This document shows positions 25,176 through 38,914 of a DNA stretch of 64,000 nt, piece after piece (positions within the stretch are counted from its first letter, which is position 1; every line of letters starts with the position of its first letter). The translations under genes and the position numbers were made by a program. The notes under the pieces were generated by a model that saw only the letters and a program-made list of their open reading frames with translations, was not told where the DNA came from and did no database searches. The stretch is from Callorhinchus milii (taxonomy: Eukaryota), in NCBI RefSeq assembly GCF_018977255.1, contig NW_024704742.1:8806001-8870000 (forward strand), read 5' to 3'.

Positions 25176-26370
25176 CCCTTCAGTCGGGTTTCCGTGCTGC
25201 CCATAGCATGTATTTAGGTCGTACCTCTCCCACCGTCTTCACTTTGTCTCCACGAATGGTTTTTCCTCCGGCCCCCGCACTGTCTCGTGTGGTGTCCCTC
25301 AAGGCTCTGTCCTCGGTCCCCTCCTCTTCACCCTCTATATGCTCCCCCTTGGTGACATCATCCACAGATATGGGGTTAACTTCCACATGTATGCGGATGA
25401 CACCCAACTCTACCTTTCCTCCTCTACCCTCAACTCCACGACCACCGATGTCCTGACAGCCTGCCTGTCCGACATCGAGTCCTGGACGAGAGATAACTTT
25501 CTCCAGCTCAACGTGTGCAAAACTGAGGCCCTCCTGATTGGCTCACGTCAGCGCCTCCGCACCTCAGGCGCTGACAGCATCAGCATCCAAGGCTGCACTC
25601 TCCACCTCTCAAAGCCAGTCAGGAACCTCGGTGTTCTGTTCGACCCTGAGCTGTCCTTTCTCCCTCATATCTGCGCCACAACTGGCACCGCCTTCCATCA
25701 CCTCCGGAATGTCGCCAGACTACGGCACTACCTCACCCCTCACGCTGCTGAAACTCTGGTCCACGCCTTTATCACCTCAAGGCTGGACTATGGGAACTCT
25801 CTCCTCGCCGGCCTTCCCGCCACCTCCCTCCACACTGCAGGTCATTCAGAACTCTGCAGCTCGTGTACTGTCCCGCACCAGACACCGCGACCACATCACT
25901 CCCACCCTCGCTCGCCTCCACTGGCTCCCCATCCCCCAGAGGATTGATTTCAAGATCCTCATCCTCACCTACAAGGCCATTCACGGCCTTGCTCCCTCCT
26001 ACCTCTCCAACCTACTATCCCCCTACCTACCTGCCCGTACCCTCCGTTCCTCTGGCTCCGGTCTGCTCCACATCCCCCGCCCCAACCGCCCTACCATCGG
26101 TGGCCTTCAGCCTCTCAGCCCCGAGGCTCTGGAACTCTATCCCCCAGTGCCTTCGCCGCCTCCTCCCTTTCCTCCTTCAAGGCCGGTCTCAAGACCTTTC
26201 TCTTTGACCGTGCCTTCAGCTCCCCTCTCGACTCTCTACCCCCTCCTCGCTCCCTCCCTTCCCTCCCCTCACCCTGGCCATTTCCCCCCTGCTTGGGTAC
26301 TGACCCAACTGTACAGCGCCTTGGGACGTCCTCCCGACGTGAAAGGCGCTCAATAAATGGAATCTTGTTG
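25176..26370 (+). mobile_element. L2 LINE, 5'-truncated, young (RT C-terminal half)
   Basis: [57 protein letters not shown]; few frameshifts; near-identical to 55760-56547. Confidence 0.92.
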
Positions 26371-26429
26371 TATACTCAGCTGGGAGGACTCCTGTGGGAG
26401 GACTCAGTGAGAGAACTCCTTAAATATAT

Positions 26430-26990
26430 TTTCTCTCACAGTCTGTCTCAGTCTTTCTATCTCTTAGTGTCTCTCTCAGTCTCTCTGAGTTTCTCTCTCT
26501 CTCTCTTAGTGTCTCTCTCAGTCTCTCTGAGTTTCTCTCTCTCTTAGTGTCTCTCTCAGTCTCTCTGAGTTTCTCTCTCTCTCTCTTAGTGTCTCTCTCA
26601 GTCTCTCTGAGTTTCTCTCTCTCTCTCTTAGTGTCTTTCTCAGTCTCTCTGAGTTTCTCTCTCTCTCTCTTAGTATCTCTCTCAGTCTCCCTCTCTCTCA
26701 CACAGTCTCTCCCTCTCTCTCCCAGTCTCTCTCTCACTGTCTATCTCACTATCTCAGTCTCTCTCTCTCTTTCTCTCTCTCTAAGTCTTTCTCTATCACT
26801 CTCACAAAACACACAGTCACTACACTTTATAATATATTCTCTCTGCCAGTCTCTCTCTGTCTCTCTCTCTGGCTTTCTGTCTCTCTCACTATTTCAGTCT
26901 TTCTCTCTCCCTCTCTCAGTCTCTCCCTCTCTGTCTGAATCTCTCTTACTATCTCAGATTGTCTCTCAGTCTCTTTCTCTCTCTCTCCAT
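26430..26990. repeat. CT-rich tract with about six 36-40-bp units (CTCTTAGTGTCTCTCTCAGTCTCTCTGAGTTT(CT)n)
   Basis: Direct reading. Confidence 0.9.
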
Positions 26991-29900
26991 CTGTACCACA
27001 TCAACAAAAACAACAACAACAAAATTACATTTATAGAGCGCCCTTAACATCAGGAGGACATTCCCAAGCGCTGAACAATCAGGTGTCGGGGCTCGAGAAT
27101 GGACTCTTGCTCCCGTGACAACCAGAAAAAAGTACCATATATTTGTTGCAGAATATCGATGTATTTCTCCAAACTGTGTTTGCTTTCCTCTGTCGCTACA
27201 TAGTTGCAGAATAAACTGCATACTTCATATTTTGGGGCTTAATTAAAGCATTTTTTATTATGTTCTTCAACGAAAGGAATTCCCCCCTCCCCCCCACGCC
27301 AAACAACATGCCTATGACATGCCAGTTGCAAGACCTTTCCGATGAGGTATAAATCATATCTCTATGTCAATAAGTTATTGCGCGATTGTCAGATACACTG
27401 ACTGACAGATAGACATGTCATTTTATTAGTATGGATTATTTGTTTATAATTGTATTATTTGACATTAAATGTGAAAATAGTGTTCAAAAGGCAAGGATTT
27501 CTGTGACTGAGACTTCATATTAGTATCAGTATCTGAGTTTGTAACATTTTGCTGAAATAATAGAGGTAAGAATGGTATTTGTTTGGGTCAGCCGGGTATC
27601 TTGAGAGTATCCAAACCAAGCTGAGAATTCCATGCATCCCACCTACACATGGAAATCCCAGAGATAGATTGTTGGAATGGAATGTGTCCTTTCTCCCCAG
27701 AGGAACGCCTCCTGCTTATGGAATTCCAGAAAATATTAGGCGCAGGTAAGCAAGAGCCAAGGCTTGGCGACCCCAGAGACCAACTCGCTGACGCCACATA
27801 GCTTACCATTGATGTTACTGTTTGTCCAGTGAGGACCATACCCATGAGGGCTTTGGCTTGGAATATTCCGGACCCATCTGACTCAGAAACTGGACTACCG
27901 AGACCGCAACAGAGGGCTGGCTCGATTCTGACATTACATTGCCAGGCATGACACCTTGGAGTCAGTTCAACTCTAAGGAGCTTACCCCAAGTCCCGAGGA
28001 GGATACTCACAAGTTGGTCGTTCGACGTCCAATAGGCAAAGGTTTGAGCCCTCACTAAGTGGATAGGAGGCCTCAGGAACTCCCTTCTAGCATGAAATGT
28101 CTGAGAGCTTTGCCACCATCTTCCTGTTCACATTTCAGACCATGTCCCTTCCTATTGAGCGATGGTCCCACCAGTTGGAGGTGTGGAGTTTAAGCAGCAG
28201 CTGCCGGTCTCTCTGCGGCCAATCGGGGTGGGTTCCAGGCGCTGAGCGTATGAACGTGTGTCACAAACTGCGATCCAGGTAATGCCTTCCAGCAGCTGTC
28301 GCCCCAAGTCTCAGAGTTCCCACGTCAGCTCTCTGGTGGACATCTTCCTTCATGTGACATTTGACACAACATGGTGTTTGAGGATATGTATAATCCCATG
28401 TCGGTCAGCAAGTTTTGCATCATCAGGTTGAAAACAAAGATTGATTTTAATTGTTTTTGCATCGTGACCAAATAGCAGTGTTCATGAAAGGTTTATCACT
28501 AGGTCATGGGGGCGAGCAGCTTCTCCAACTACAAGAAGTTGGATTCCTGCTGGGTATTTAGGATCAATCCAAGGACTAATCCGGGGGTGGTAGTCAATAA
28601 GCAATTATGTGAGGAAAGCAATCCTAGAAAAACTATACTTTCTGCTGCTTCGGAATGGTTTTCACACTGAAAGCTTTTTAGAAGGTACCACCAAGTACAC
28701 ACACATCTGAGGCTAACCCAATCATTATGGACAATTAATTTTGTCTGTGAGTGCAGTATTTATTAGCTCTGACTAATTATTAGCTCTCAGACAAATGAAC
28801 ACACAGAGACAGACTCGGTTTATTAATAGACAATTTATTAATACAGGAGATGCCTTCAGCTTCTCTGGAAGCAACAGACTTTGCATACTCATCAAGAGGT
28901 GTAGGGCTTGGGGTCATAGTCGGTGTCCTGTCTTACACTCACCAACTTCTCGCTCGTGACTCACAACACCCTGGTTTCTCAGTTACTATACTGTGGGCAT
29001 CTGTCCTTGTGTACTCCTCAGGAAACAGCTCAGGGGAGCCAGCAGTGGGTCTTCATGCGTGATTTAAAGATAGATTGTACAGATAGATTGGAGTCCTGTA
29101 GCTTAGTGGTTAGAGCACTCGCCTCGCAAGCAATAGGATCTGGGTTCAATTCTCGGGCAGGGCGAAACCTTGGGAAAGTTTCCTTACTCCGCACCCCTCC
29201 ATTTACCAAGCAGGAAGTAGGAACCCGGTTGTTAGTCGATTGGTGGATTACTTTTATAATAATAATAATAATAATTCTTGCATTTGATATAGCGCTTTTC
29301 ACGTCTTCTAGGCATCTCAAAGCGCTTCACAGAATATACTGTAAAGTGAATTGACTGTATATTTGTGGGCGAAATGCGGCAGCCAATTGCGCACAGCAGT
29401 GTCTCACAAACAGCCATGGATTGAAATGACTAATTTATTATTGTTCTTTTTAGGGATTATTATCAGGCTTTTTAATAATTTTTAATAAGAGACAATAATG
29501 ATAAATAATAATAAATAAATAATAAATAAAAATAATAATAAAATCTGGGTGTTTGAAACATTTTCATCACTTTGAAAAATGTGTGTGTGTGGGGGGGGGA
29601 ATACAAATGTTGCAATTGCTCAAATAAAATAATACATTGAAAAAGTTCTGCCTCATCAGCAAATAAACTTATTCAGTGTCTGAATAAACGCCTGAAGGTG
29701 ATTACTGAGTATTTTGATTACTGAGCTTTTCCCTTAATAATTCCTTCAAAACAAGTTTACAAAAATAATGATTTGGTTACTCAATCCACAACTGCTTGTG
29801 GAAACCGCTGTGTGCAATCGACTGCCGTGTTTCGCCCACAAAATATACAATTCACTTTACAATTCACTTGTAGTTCACTTTACAGTATATTCTGTGAAGC

Positions 29901-30283
29901 ACTTTGAGACGTCTCAAAGACGTGATGAGGCGCTATATCAAATTTAAGGATTATTATTATACCTAAGGAGTGAGTGAAGCAAAGAATTCAGACAGGCTGA
30001 TCTAGAAGGTATAGTGGCTGAAGGCACTATAAGGACCGTTCTTTAATAAGTTGATTTAAGTTATGGTAGTTGCAGATGATTAGTGTTGACGACACTAAAA
30101 TAAATAGTACTCGTGCTGAAAATCTTGGTTCACAAACCAAATTTTTTAATAATCAGTTGTACAAAAATATATTAGTATCAATTTTAATGTCCATCTTATC
30201 ACATTGAAACAGTTTGATTGACTTTATATTAAAGACATCTGATTGACACAAATGTCCGACTAAGATCCCGCGTCAAACTGAGT

Positions 30284-30329
30284 TCAACATTCTCCCAATT
30301 TATGAATCCAGATTTCCTTTTGGAGTCTC
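30284..30329 (-). CDS. Kazal-type inhibitor B (SPINK-like, about 83 aa) exon 4 (RLQKEIWIHKLGEC*)
   Basis: tttcag acceptor, 46 bp as in SPINK-A, terminal G-E-C-stop. Confidence 0.9.
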
Positions 30330-32046
30330 CTGAAATAAAATCACAGTAACACAATGACAGTTTCAGGCAAGAGTAGATTTGGCATACCTGTTCAATTTGA
30401 CAGATTCCTGTGACACATCTATCTCATCATCTAATACCTCTGAATCCTTTTACTGTCCAGGAACCAGTCCCTCTGTCTTGCCCTTTTTTCTACACTTTCA
30501 ACATCCCCTAAAGACCTATGGTCTAGGAGCATGTCTTCAGTCACCTTTCCTCTCTTCTCCTCAGTTGTCCCCTCAAAGCTTGGGCTCCCAGTCAGTTGTG
30601 TGAAGTGCTTTTAGAGTTTGTGGAGTCCTGTAGCTCAGAGGTTAGAGCACTCGCCTCGCAAGCGAGAGGACCTGGGTTCGATTCCCAGCAGGGCAATGTG
30701 TTGGGCAAGTTTCCTTACTCCACACACCTCTGTTTACCTAGCAGTAAGTAGGAACCTGGTTGTTAGTCGATTGGCGGATCACTTTTCCAGGGGTAATGAG
30801 TTTGGTGTCTCGCCTTGAAAATCAGCAAATATAATATTGAATCTTTACAGAGGTCAGTCAGGTGTGTAACTGTACCTTCTCAAGAGGAGGGAAAGTGAAT
30901 GTTAGGAACAAATTTGGCATCAAGTCAAATCAGCTTCTTGTTTTGCAGTTCATAGCAGTAATGGTCAGTCAAGATCAGTTTGAAAAATTCCAATCTCATT
31001 ATGAACATACACAGAACACTATCTCTTTGGATCCAGTGCATTATTCTGGGTACCATCACTACCATCTCCACAATTGTTCATCAACACGAGGAGAAACACA
31101 GAATAGATCCAGAATAGATATTCATCACAGAATATCTAATTGTGCTTATATACTCATTATATTCTCAGAGAGGTGATCTTATAGAAACCTATAAGATTCT
31201 TAAGGGTCCTGATAGGATAGGTGCCCTGTGACTGTTTCCCCTGGTTGGAGAACCTAAAACTAGGGGTTATAGTCTCAAGATTAAGAGTCAGCCTTTTCGA
31301 ACTGAGTTGAGGAAACATTTCTTCACTCAGAGGGTAGTGAATTTGTAGAATTCTCTACCCCAGAAGGCTGTGGATGCTCAGTCCTTGAACGTATTCAAGA
31401 CTTAGGTTGATGGATTTCTAAAGGATAGAGGGGTTATAGGATATGGGGATAGGGTGGGTAAATGGAATTAGGTTAGAAGATCAGCCATGATCTTATTAAA
31501 TGGCAGGACAGGCTCGAGGGGCCGAATGGCCTACTCCTGCTCCTACGTCTTATGGTCATTTGTCTTATTGCATTACATGATTAATAATAATAATCATAAT
31601 CCCTGTTTTTGATATAGTGCCTTATCACGTCTTTGAGATGTCTTAAAGCACTTCACAGAATATACTGTAAAGTGAATTGATGGTATATTTTGTGGGTGAA
31701 ATGCAGAAGCCAATTGCAGTTGGCTGAGCGCAAACAATCGTGGATTGAGTGAACAATTTTTTTTTTTTTGAAGGGATCATTAACCCTGGAAAAGTAATCT
31801 GCCAATTGACTAACAACCAGGTTCCTACTTACTGCTAGGTAAACAGAGGTGTGTGGAATAAGGAAACTTGCTCAACGTTTTCCCCTGCCCGAGAACGAAA
31901 CCCAGGTCCTCTCACTTGCGAGGAGAGTGCTCTAACCACTGAGCTAAATTAAATAAATAAATGAAGCTAAAGTAAAGTGTAATCTCATTTTTTGTAACAC
32001 ATGTGATAAACAAACTACTCTGAAAGAATATAAAATTGTGGTTTAC

Positions 32047-32162
32047 CAGGAAGCAGAACAGAGTAAGCACTCATTGCTGTATGTCACCCAGTCAGTTCCG
32101 CAGACTGGTTCAAAGGATCCAGGACATGATTTCACTGTCTCTCTGTACCTCTCACAGTTTGG
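32047..32162 (-). CDS. SPINK-B exon 3, Kazal core [39 protein letters not shown]
   Basis: ttacag acceptor, gtaaa donor, 116 bp, Cys spacing intact. Confidence 0.95.
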
Positions 32163-32258
32163 CTGTAAACAAAGAACATAAATTTATTTTAACAAAAAAG
32201 CACAAATGAACAAAAAAGAAACATTCTGGAAATGGAAACTGAAGGATACATAGCTTAC

Positions 32259-32293
32259 CTGCACAAATTCTTTAAAAAAACTTGTTCCTGCAA
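32259..32293 (-). CDS. SPINK-B exon 2 (VAGTSFFKEFVQ)
   Basis: ttttag acceptor (an in-frame alternative AG lies 6 nt downstream), CAG|GTAAG donor. Confidence 0.75.
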
Positions 32294-33208
32294 CTAAAAG
32301 AATGATCATATGAAAAAAAACTACACAACAATTGTTAGAATGTCCTCCCAGCTTGACACGCATTATATAAATGCAATTTGTTGTTGTTGCTAGTTTTGGA
32401 AGTTTAAGTATTTTCCAAGACATTTGCTGCATCTGCGAAGATTCACCCCATGTGTTAGTCTGTGTCAGTGGGTACATTCTCACCTCTGAGTCAGAGACTG
32501 TGGGTTCAGACATTAAACATTAAACCGAGGTCCTATCCTCCTGTTCACATGGACATTAAAGAACCAATGGCACTATTCGAAAAGAAAAAGGAGTTTCTCC
32601 TGCTATCCTGGCCAACAATTCACCAGATAAAATTGGTCATTAGCCTCCATTCTCCCCCACTCCTACCCCCAGCTTGGGTTCGTAACTCTGTCTGTCTAGC
32701 GCTTTGGGATGTCCTCTCGACGGGAAAGGCACTTTACAAATGTAATTTTGTTTTTGTTGTTTATGGGACATATTGGTTTTCGCGCTTAAAATTTGCAGTC
32801 ACATTGGGAGGGAGGGAGGGAGGCAGCTCCTTTGCTGGTAATTTTTAGCCGGACAAGGTAAATATATCTTACTGAATTGAGGTGCAGGATTTTAACTATA
32901 ATTCCTACGTTAAAATACTTGGTGTCCTGTTTGAGCAGTTTACATTATTTCAAGTGAAACAACTTTATTAAATATTATATACAGTGTCGGCAGGACTCCT
33001 CTGCTGGGTGGGAATGGTATTTCGGTGGCCTCTTAGACACCTCTTAAATCGGACAAAATGGCCATCCCCAATGTGTCCGTCTTAACAGGCTTCCTTAGAC
33101 CTTTGCTCAGTCATCACTATTCAGTACTCAAAGGCAGTTTTTTGTTGTTGAAAGTCAGGAACCAACAGAATGATTTTTAGCTCAATCTCGTATCGCAAAG
33201 GAACTCAC

Positions 33209-33263
33209 CCACGGCACAGAAGAGGAACATGGAAACCAGAGCAAAAGCTGGCAAGGATTTCAT
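33209..33263 (-). CDS. SPINK-B exon 1, signal peptide MKSLPAFALVSMFLFCAV
   Basis: 52/55 nt identical to SPINK-A exon 1; G|GTGAG donor. Confidence 0.9.
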
Positions 33264-33342
33264 GTTGCTGCAGCAGAAATGTTGACCGTTGTTGGTAATT
33301 GTCTGCGTGTCTGTCAGTGTAAACTGCTGATACCGGTGCTGG

Positions 33343-33374
33343 TTTATATAAAGGAAAGGCTGGTCAATGACTCA
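33343..33374 (-). promoter_or_regulatory. SPINK-B promoter: TATA box and AP-1 site
   Basis: Reverse complement of the SPINK-A promoter; TATATAAA 33343-33350, TGAGTCA 33368-33374. Confidence 0.75.
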
Positions 33375-34668
33375 TACAACATACTCGTACATAGAATGAA
33401 TGTGTCAACCAATAAATAAAAGAATTACACGTGTTTCAGTGTAAAGCAATGGTTGTACTCAAACACAGGATAAAGCTTATTCAAGGATCTTCTAATATCA
33501 CTATTCACTGAGTACAAGGAGTGCTCTTTGTTTATCTTGTTCCTCCCAAATACTGACGTAATAAGCAATAACATGTTCTTATATAACAACAAAATTGCAT
33601 TTGTGTAGCGCCTTTCACGTCGAGAGTACGTCCCAAGGAAAATTATGTCCCTTCCCCACAGTACTCCTTGTCTTATGTCCCTTCTGGAAACCTCCTTTCT
33701 TGGAATTATCCCCTTTGCTGCTGTTGGTGTCTTTAGCTGTTTTTTACATGCAGAAATAGTTATTATTATCATTACATTTGGCGTAATGCCTTTCAGGTTG
33801 GGATTACATCTCAAATCACTTTTCTGGATACACTGTGTAAAGTGGGTGATAAAGTATAATCCTGTATAATCACTGAAGACCTTTCTTTTCGACCGCGCCT
33901 TTGGTCACCTTCCTCCCCCCTCCCCCTCGCTCGGCCCCGGGATCCGTTACTGTGAAGCGCTCTGAGAAGCCATCCAACGCTCTATAATCCCAAGTTGTTG
34001 CTGTTGTTCACTCAGAACACATTACAGTTCATTCTGCAGCAAAACTTAATTTGATGAAATTGTACAAATGTAATCCTTGCAGTACATGGATTAGTATACT
34101 TAATTGAATGTTGTTAGGCTTTTGTCTCAGAATACTTTCTTGAGTTTGCTGCGACAGTGTGATTGCTGTAGTCTATTACTTCAATAATAATCCTTGCATT
34201 TGATATCTTTAGAAGTTTCACTTTCTAAATTTCTAAATTGGAGGTGTGAATATAAAAGAATATAAAAGAGGCTGATGAGTTAAACATTTTTTTTAAGTTT
34301 GAAAAAGGCTACATGGATGGGCTATACCGGGTAGAAAAATAGTTTAAAAGTAATATTTAGGTTTCATATAAAATTGAAGAGGAGAAAGTAGTGGACTGGA
34401 AAAAAAGCAATTTGAATAATATATAAAGGGGAAATTATCCCAGATAAATTGGGGAGGAAAATGTACCGATAAGCTGCTGCATAAGTCTTCGGTAACATTC
34501 AAAAATGAGTTGGAGACAAACTAGATGTATTCCAAAAAGGGAATGGTTTCCACCCCAGGGAAGTTTGCAAATGTCACTCCATTATTTGAGAAGGGAGAGG
34601 GAAACTGAGCACCTACAGAACTTTACATCCGTTTAACTTCAGTTGTGGGTAGTCACTGGAATCTATCA

Positions 34669-35033
34669 GTGGAGTCCTGTAGCTCAGTGGTTAGAGCACT
34701 CGCCTCGCAAACGAGAGACCTGGGTTTGATTCCCAGCACGGCGAAACGTTGGGCAAGTTTCCTTACTTCACATGCCTCTGTTTACCTGGCAGTAAGTAGG
34801 AACCTGGTTGTTAGTCGATTGGGGGATCGCGTTTCTGGGGGTAATAATTCCTTCAAAAAAATAATAAATTAATCACTCAATCTATTACTGTTTGTGGGAC
34901 ACTGCTGTGCGCAATTGGCTGCCATGTTCCACCCACAAAATATACATTCAATTCACTTTGCAGTATATTCTCTGTAGCTCTTTGAGACGTTTCAAAGACA
35001 TGATAAGGTGCTATATCAAATGCAAAGGTTATT
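34669..35033 (+). mobile_element. Full-length tRNA-head, Deu-domain SINE with L2-like tail and (TTA)n end; about 20 further copies, e.g. 9677-10000(-), 11570-11860(+), 11953-12270(-), 13225-13598(-), 22460-22730(-), 31582-31946(-), 39231-39580(-), 46760-47125(-)
   Basis: Head GGAGTCCTGTAGCTCAGTGGTTAGAGCACTCGCC...GGGTTCGATTCCC (A and B boxes), core GTTTGTGGGACACTGCTGTGCGCAATTGGCTGCC, tail AAGCGCTTTGAGAC...ATCAAATGCAAGGATTATTATT. Confidence 0.85.
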
Positions 35034-38000
35034 ATGCATCAGACACAGAGTGGCTGAGCACTTGGACAGGCATGAGTTGATTAAATAGATTTGTGGATTT
35101 GTGAAGGGTAGGTCATGTCTGACAAATCTAATTGACTTTTTTTTGAGGTCACTACACTAGCATGTTGGATAAGGGATTGCATAATGTTGTTGTCAAGATG
35201 AACGTTCAGAAGGTATTTGCCTCTGCCCAAGAGATTAATAGCAAAAATGAAAATTGGAGATAACTTTGAAAAATGGGTTGGTAATTGGAGACTAGGGCTA
35301 AAGGGAGCATTCTCCGATTCTCAGGATGTAACAAGTGGTATTCCCCAAGAATCTGTATTGGATGAAAGGATAGAGGGCTGTGTATCAAAGTTAGCAGATG
35401 ACACTAAATTGAGATATACTAATTCTGCAGATGAAAGCAGGAAGTTATAAAAGGATATATAAACAGATTAAGCGAGTGGGCAGGATCATGGCAGATAGAA
35501 TTCAATGTGGGGAAGTGTGAGGTCATCGAAAAATATCAGATCAGAATATTTTCTTCATAGTGAAAGACTAGAAGCTGTGGAGGAGCAAAGGGATTTAGGT
35601 TTCCAAGTACATCAATCACTTGTCCACAGGTACAACAAATTGCATTTATATAGCACCTTTCACGTCAGCAGGACATCCCAAGGCACTGAACAAAGAGGGG
35701 TTTGGACCCGAGCTGCAGGTTGGGATGAGAGAGTAGTGGAAGGCAAGGGGGAGGTGGAGGGAAGATGACCGAAAGCACGATCAAAAGGGAAGTTCTTTAA
35801 ATGGACCTTGAAAAAGACAAGGGAGGGGGCGAGATGGAGTTCCGGAGGTGTGGGTTTGGAAAGGCTGAAGGCCTGACCGCCGATAGTGGAGCACGCGGTG
35901 TAGGGGACATGGAGCAGACCAGTGCCTACAGAGTGGAGGGAGTGGACAGGTTGGTTAAGTTTTAATAGGATGTGGAGGTAGGGGGGATGGATGGGGAGCC
36001 AGTGAAGTCGGTCAAGGATGGGGGTGATCGACTCACAAAACTTAGTGCGGGAGAGGACATGAGCTGCAGAGTTCTGAATAATCTGGATGTTGTGGAGAGA
36101 AAAGTTGGGAAGTCGTAGATTTAGGGTCAAGCCTCGACATAATGAAAGCACGAATGAGGGTTTTAAGAGCCTGAGGGGAGATTTTTTTTTGGTCAGCCAG
36201 GTATCTGGCACATGCAGAAACCCATCACCGTGCATAAGAGTATCCAAACCAAACTGAGATTTCAATGCATCCCACCTACACATGGAAATCCCAAAGCTAG
36301 ATTGTTGGAATGGAATGTGCACTCTCTACCGGAGGCCTCATCCTGCTTACCTAATTCAGGAAAGTATTAGGTACAGGTTGGCAAGAGCCAAGGCTTGGAG
36401 AACCCAGAGTGTGCATTGGGGTAACTGCTGGAGTCTAACCAGCTAAAGCTTGCATTGATATTGCTGTCTGGCAAGCTTTCCCACCCTACCTGTTAGGACT
36501 TTGCAGGGTTAAAAGGAGCTAATGACTGTTCTGCCCTTCCAAGTCCTGCCAATGATCCAGGATGGCTGTGCTTCCCCCCGAGGGGCGAGACGGTGGAGGT
36601 GGTCAACATTGTCAAAGGCAGCGAAGAAATCAAGAAGGACAAGACAGATAGGTTGAGCAATTTAGGCCTATATTCTCAAGAATGAAGAATGAGAGGTGAT
36701 CTTATAGAAACCTATAAGATTAAGAGGCACAACAGAATGGATAGTGGGAGTCTTTTTCCCCTGGTTGGAGAAACTATAACCAGGATTGACAGTCTTAAAA
36801 TTAGGGGTAAGCCCTTTCGCAGTGAGTTGAGGAAAAACTTCTTCAGAGGGTAGTGAATTTATGGAATTCTCTACCCCAAAAGGCTGTAGATGCTCAGTCC
36901 TTGAACATATGCAAGACTGAGATTGATAGATTTCTTGTGGATAAAAGGATTAAGTCATATGAAGATAAGGCAGGTACGTGGAGTTAGATCAGCCATGATC
37001 TTATTGAATGGCGGGGCAGGGTAGAGAGGCCGAATGGCCTATTCCTGCTTCTTATGTTCTAGGAGGCGGTTGCCAATCGAGCGGAGGTGCCGGGTGGTGG
37101 ATTGGGGCGTGAGGAGGTCGGAGAGGTAGGGAGGTGCCAGGGATTTGAACACGAAAGTGAGGATTTAGAAGTCAATCCGTTTGGTGATGTGGAGCCTGGC
37201 TAGAACTGGTGAGATGTGGGTATGGAGTTTGGTTCGGGTCAGTATGCGGACAGCAGAGTTCTGAATGAGCTGGAGCTTTTGAATAGTGGAGCTGGGGAGA
37301 CCGGCGGGGAGTGTGAGTAATGGAAAGAAAGGGGAGGTAATGTGAATGAAAGAGGAGGTTTGCTCCCAGTGGCTGGGAACAGTAGGAATTGCAGTGAAAA
37401 TGGGGAATAGGACAGTCAAGGTGGCTGCTGTTGGGCAGCCAACAGCATGTGGAGTCTGTGGGACAGTCCAGAAGGGAACAGAGATGGGTAGGGTGGTAAG
37501 AGAGAAGCGACTAAAATTATTTCCTTAAAAGATAGTAAAAATTATACTTAGCCTGGACATTTGAAAGTTGCCAGGCAGAAATTATGTCTGTTTTGCCAAG
37601 TTCAGACAGGAGATTTGAAATGGCACCTCTGCACCTGGATCACCTGAACTCATCAAATTAAAGTTCTTCTTTAACGTCACCTGGACTGTCCCAGCTTCCA
37701 GCCTTGGATTTCTCCACTGCGCTCATTGTGGCAGATGCTGTTGGCTGTCTCAACAGCGGCCACCCTGAACTCTTGCACTGGTCCCACTCACCTGCAGGTC
37801 TCACTCCCCGAGACCCGCGCTGCCTGAGTGTGCTTTACTGTTCTACTGTGCTTTACTATCTCAAGGGAGTTTATAGGAAACACCCAGATACAATGCTCTT
37901 CCTGCCCCCCCCCCCCACCCCAAAGTCCACAGGGCATTCATTACACCGAGGTCAGGCTGTATCTGAGTTCCAAGTTGCTGTGTTGGGCTTGAACCCAATT

Positions 38001-38116
38001 GAACCAACTGAGACTGGTGGACACACACGCACGCACACACATGCACTCAAAGCTTGTAGACAGTGAATTAATTAACAAAGTACATTGTTAAACCCAAACT
38101 AATGTAAAGAAATATT

Positions 38117-38122
38117 TTTATT
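38117..38122 (-). terminator. Candidate CENPE polyadenylation signal
   Basis: AATAAA on the minus strand about 800 bp past the stop, followed by T- and GT-rich sequence. Confidence 0.45.
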
Positions 38123-38914
38123 GACAACAAACAAAGATTTCAGTCATCTTCAGCAAACAACATTTTACAATAAATCTGGAAGCTATTTGACATTTCTTAA
38201 TGCATCTGCAATAATGTTGACATTGTGAATGTATATATTTTTTAAAATATGCAGGAGTTTGTTGAATGATTAGTCCAAACACTATTCAAATATCACATGT
38301 CATGATACCCTAGTTATCTATGTCATTTTTTTATATATACACATAGGCAAAATGTTATTTGTTTGCTGTCTGCATTAAGGCTTAAACAGGAACAGAAGTA
38401 TGTAAGTGACAAAAGAAAAAGAGGATGCAAAGACAAAAAATATCAAAATTGGTGAAAATAAGAAACAGAAGAAAAAGAACCGGTCAAGTTGAGCAAAGCA
38501 AGACGAGTGTGGGTAGTGGGATGGAATATCCCAGGACTCATAGGCAGGGGGCGTGGGGGTTAATGCGAAGTATTTAATTGATGAATTGAGAAGAAAACTG
38601 CTTCTCATGTCAGTACTTTGGGCGATGGTTTCGCATTGCCTCCTGCAATAAACCCAGCATTAACTCAAATTGCCACTTTGGTACATACTTGGCGTAATTT
38701 TCTATTGTTGACTAAGAAACCAAACACTGATCATCCTGAGCTCAAACAGCATTTGAACTCAAGTTTCAGAAATGGAGGCATTTTGCACGCCAATTGTACC
38801 TCAAAAAATAAACTATTTGAATCATTTAATGTGGTGTAAAATTTGTTGCAATTCATAATGCATTGTGCTGTGGGTGAGGAATGCACACAGAAGCTGTGGC
38901 CTCCACTTAAATTT

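Noticed and set aside
26420..27047. RE-rich and SL-rich ORFs
   Set aside because: Translations of the CT/GA simple repeat
29089..29960. SINE with apparent internal inversion (twin priming)
   Set aside because: The tail lies internally and a plus-strand tail half follows at about 29730-29960; nested independent insertions explain it better
30622..30692. tRNA gene
   Set aside because: tRNA-like head continues straight into SINE body sequence and recurs in many diverged copies
19516..33263. Naming the Kazal genes SPINK2
   Set aside because: Proximity to NOA1 is suggestive but orthology cannot be established from short divergent sequences without a phylogeny
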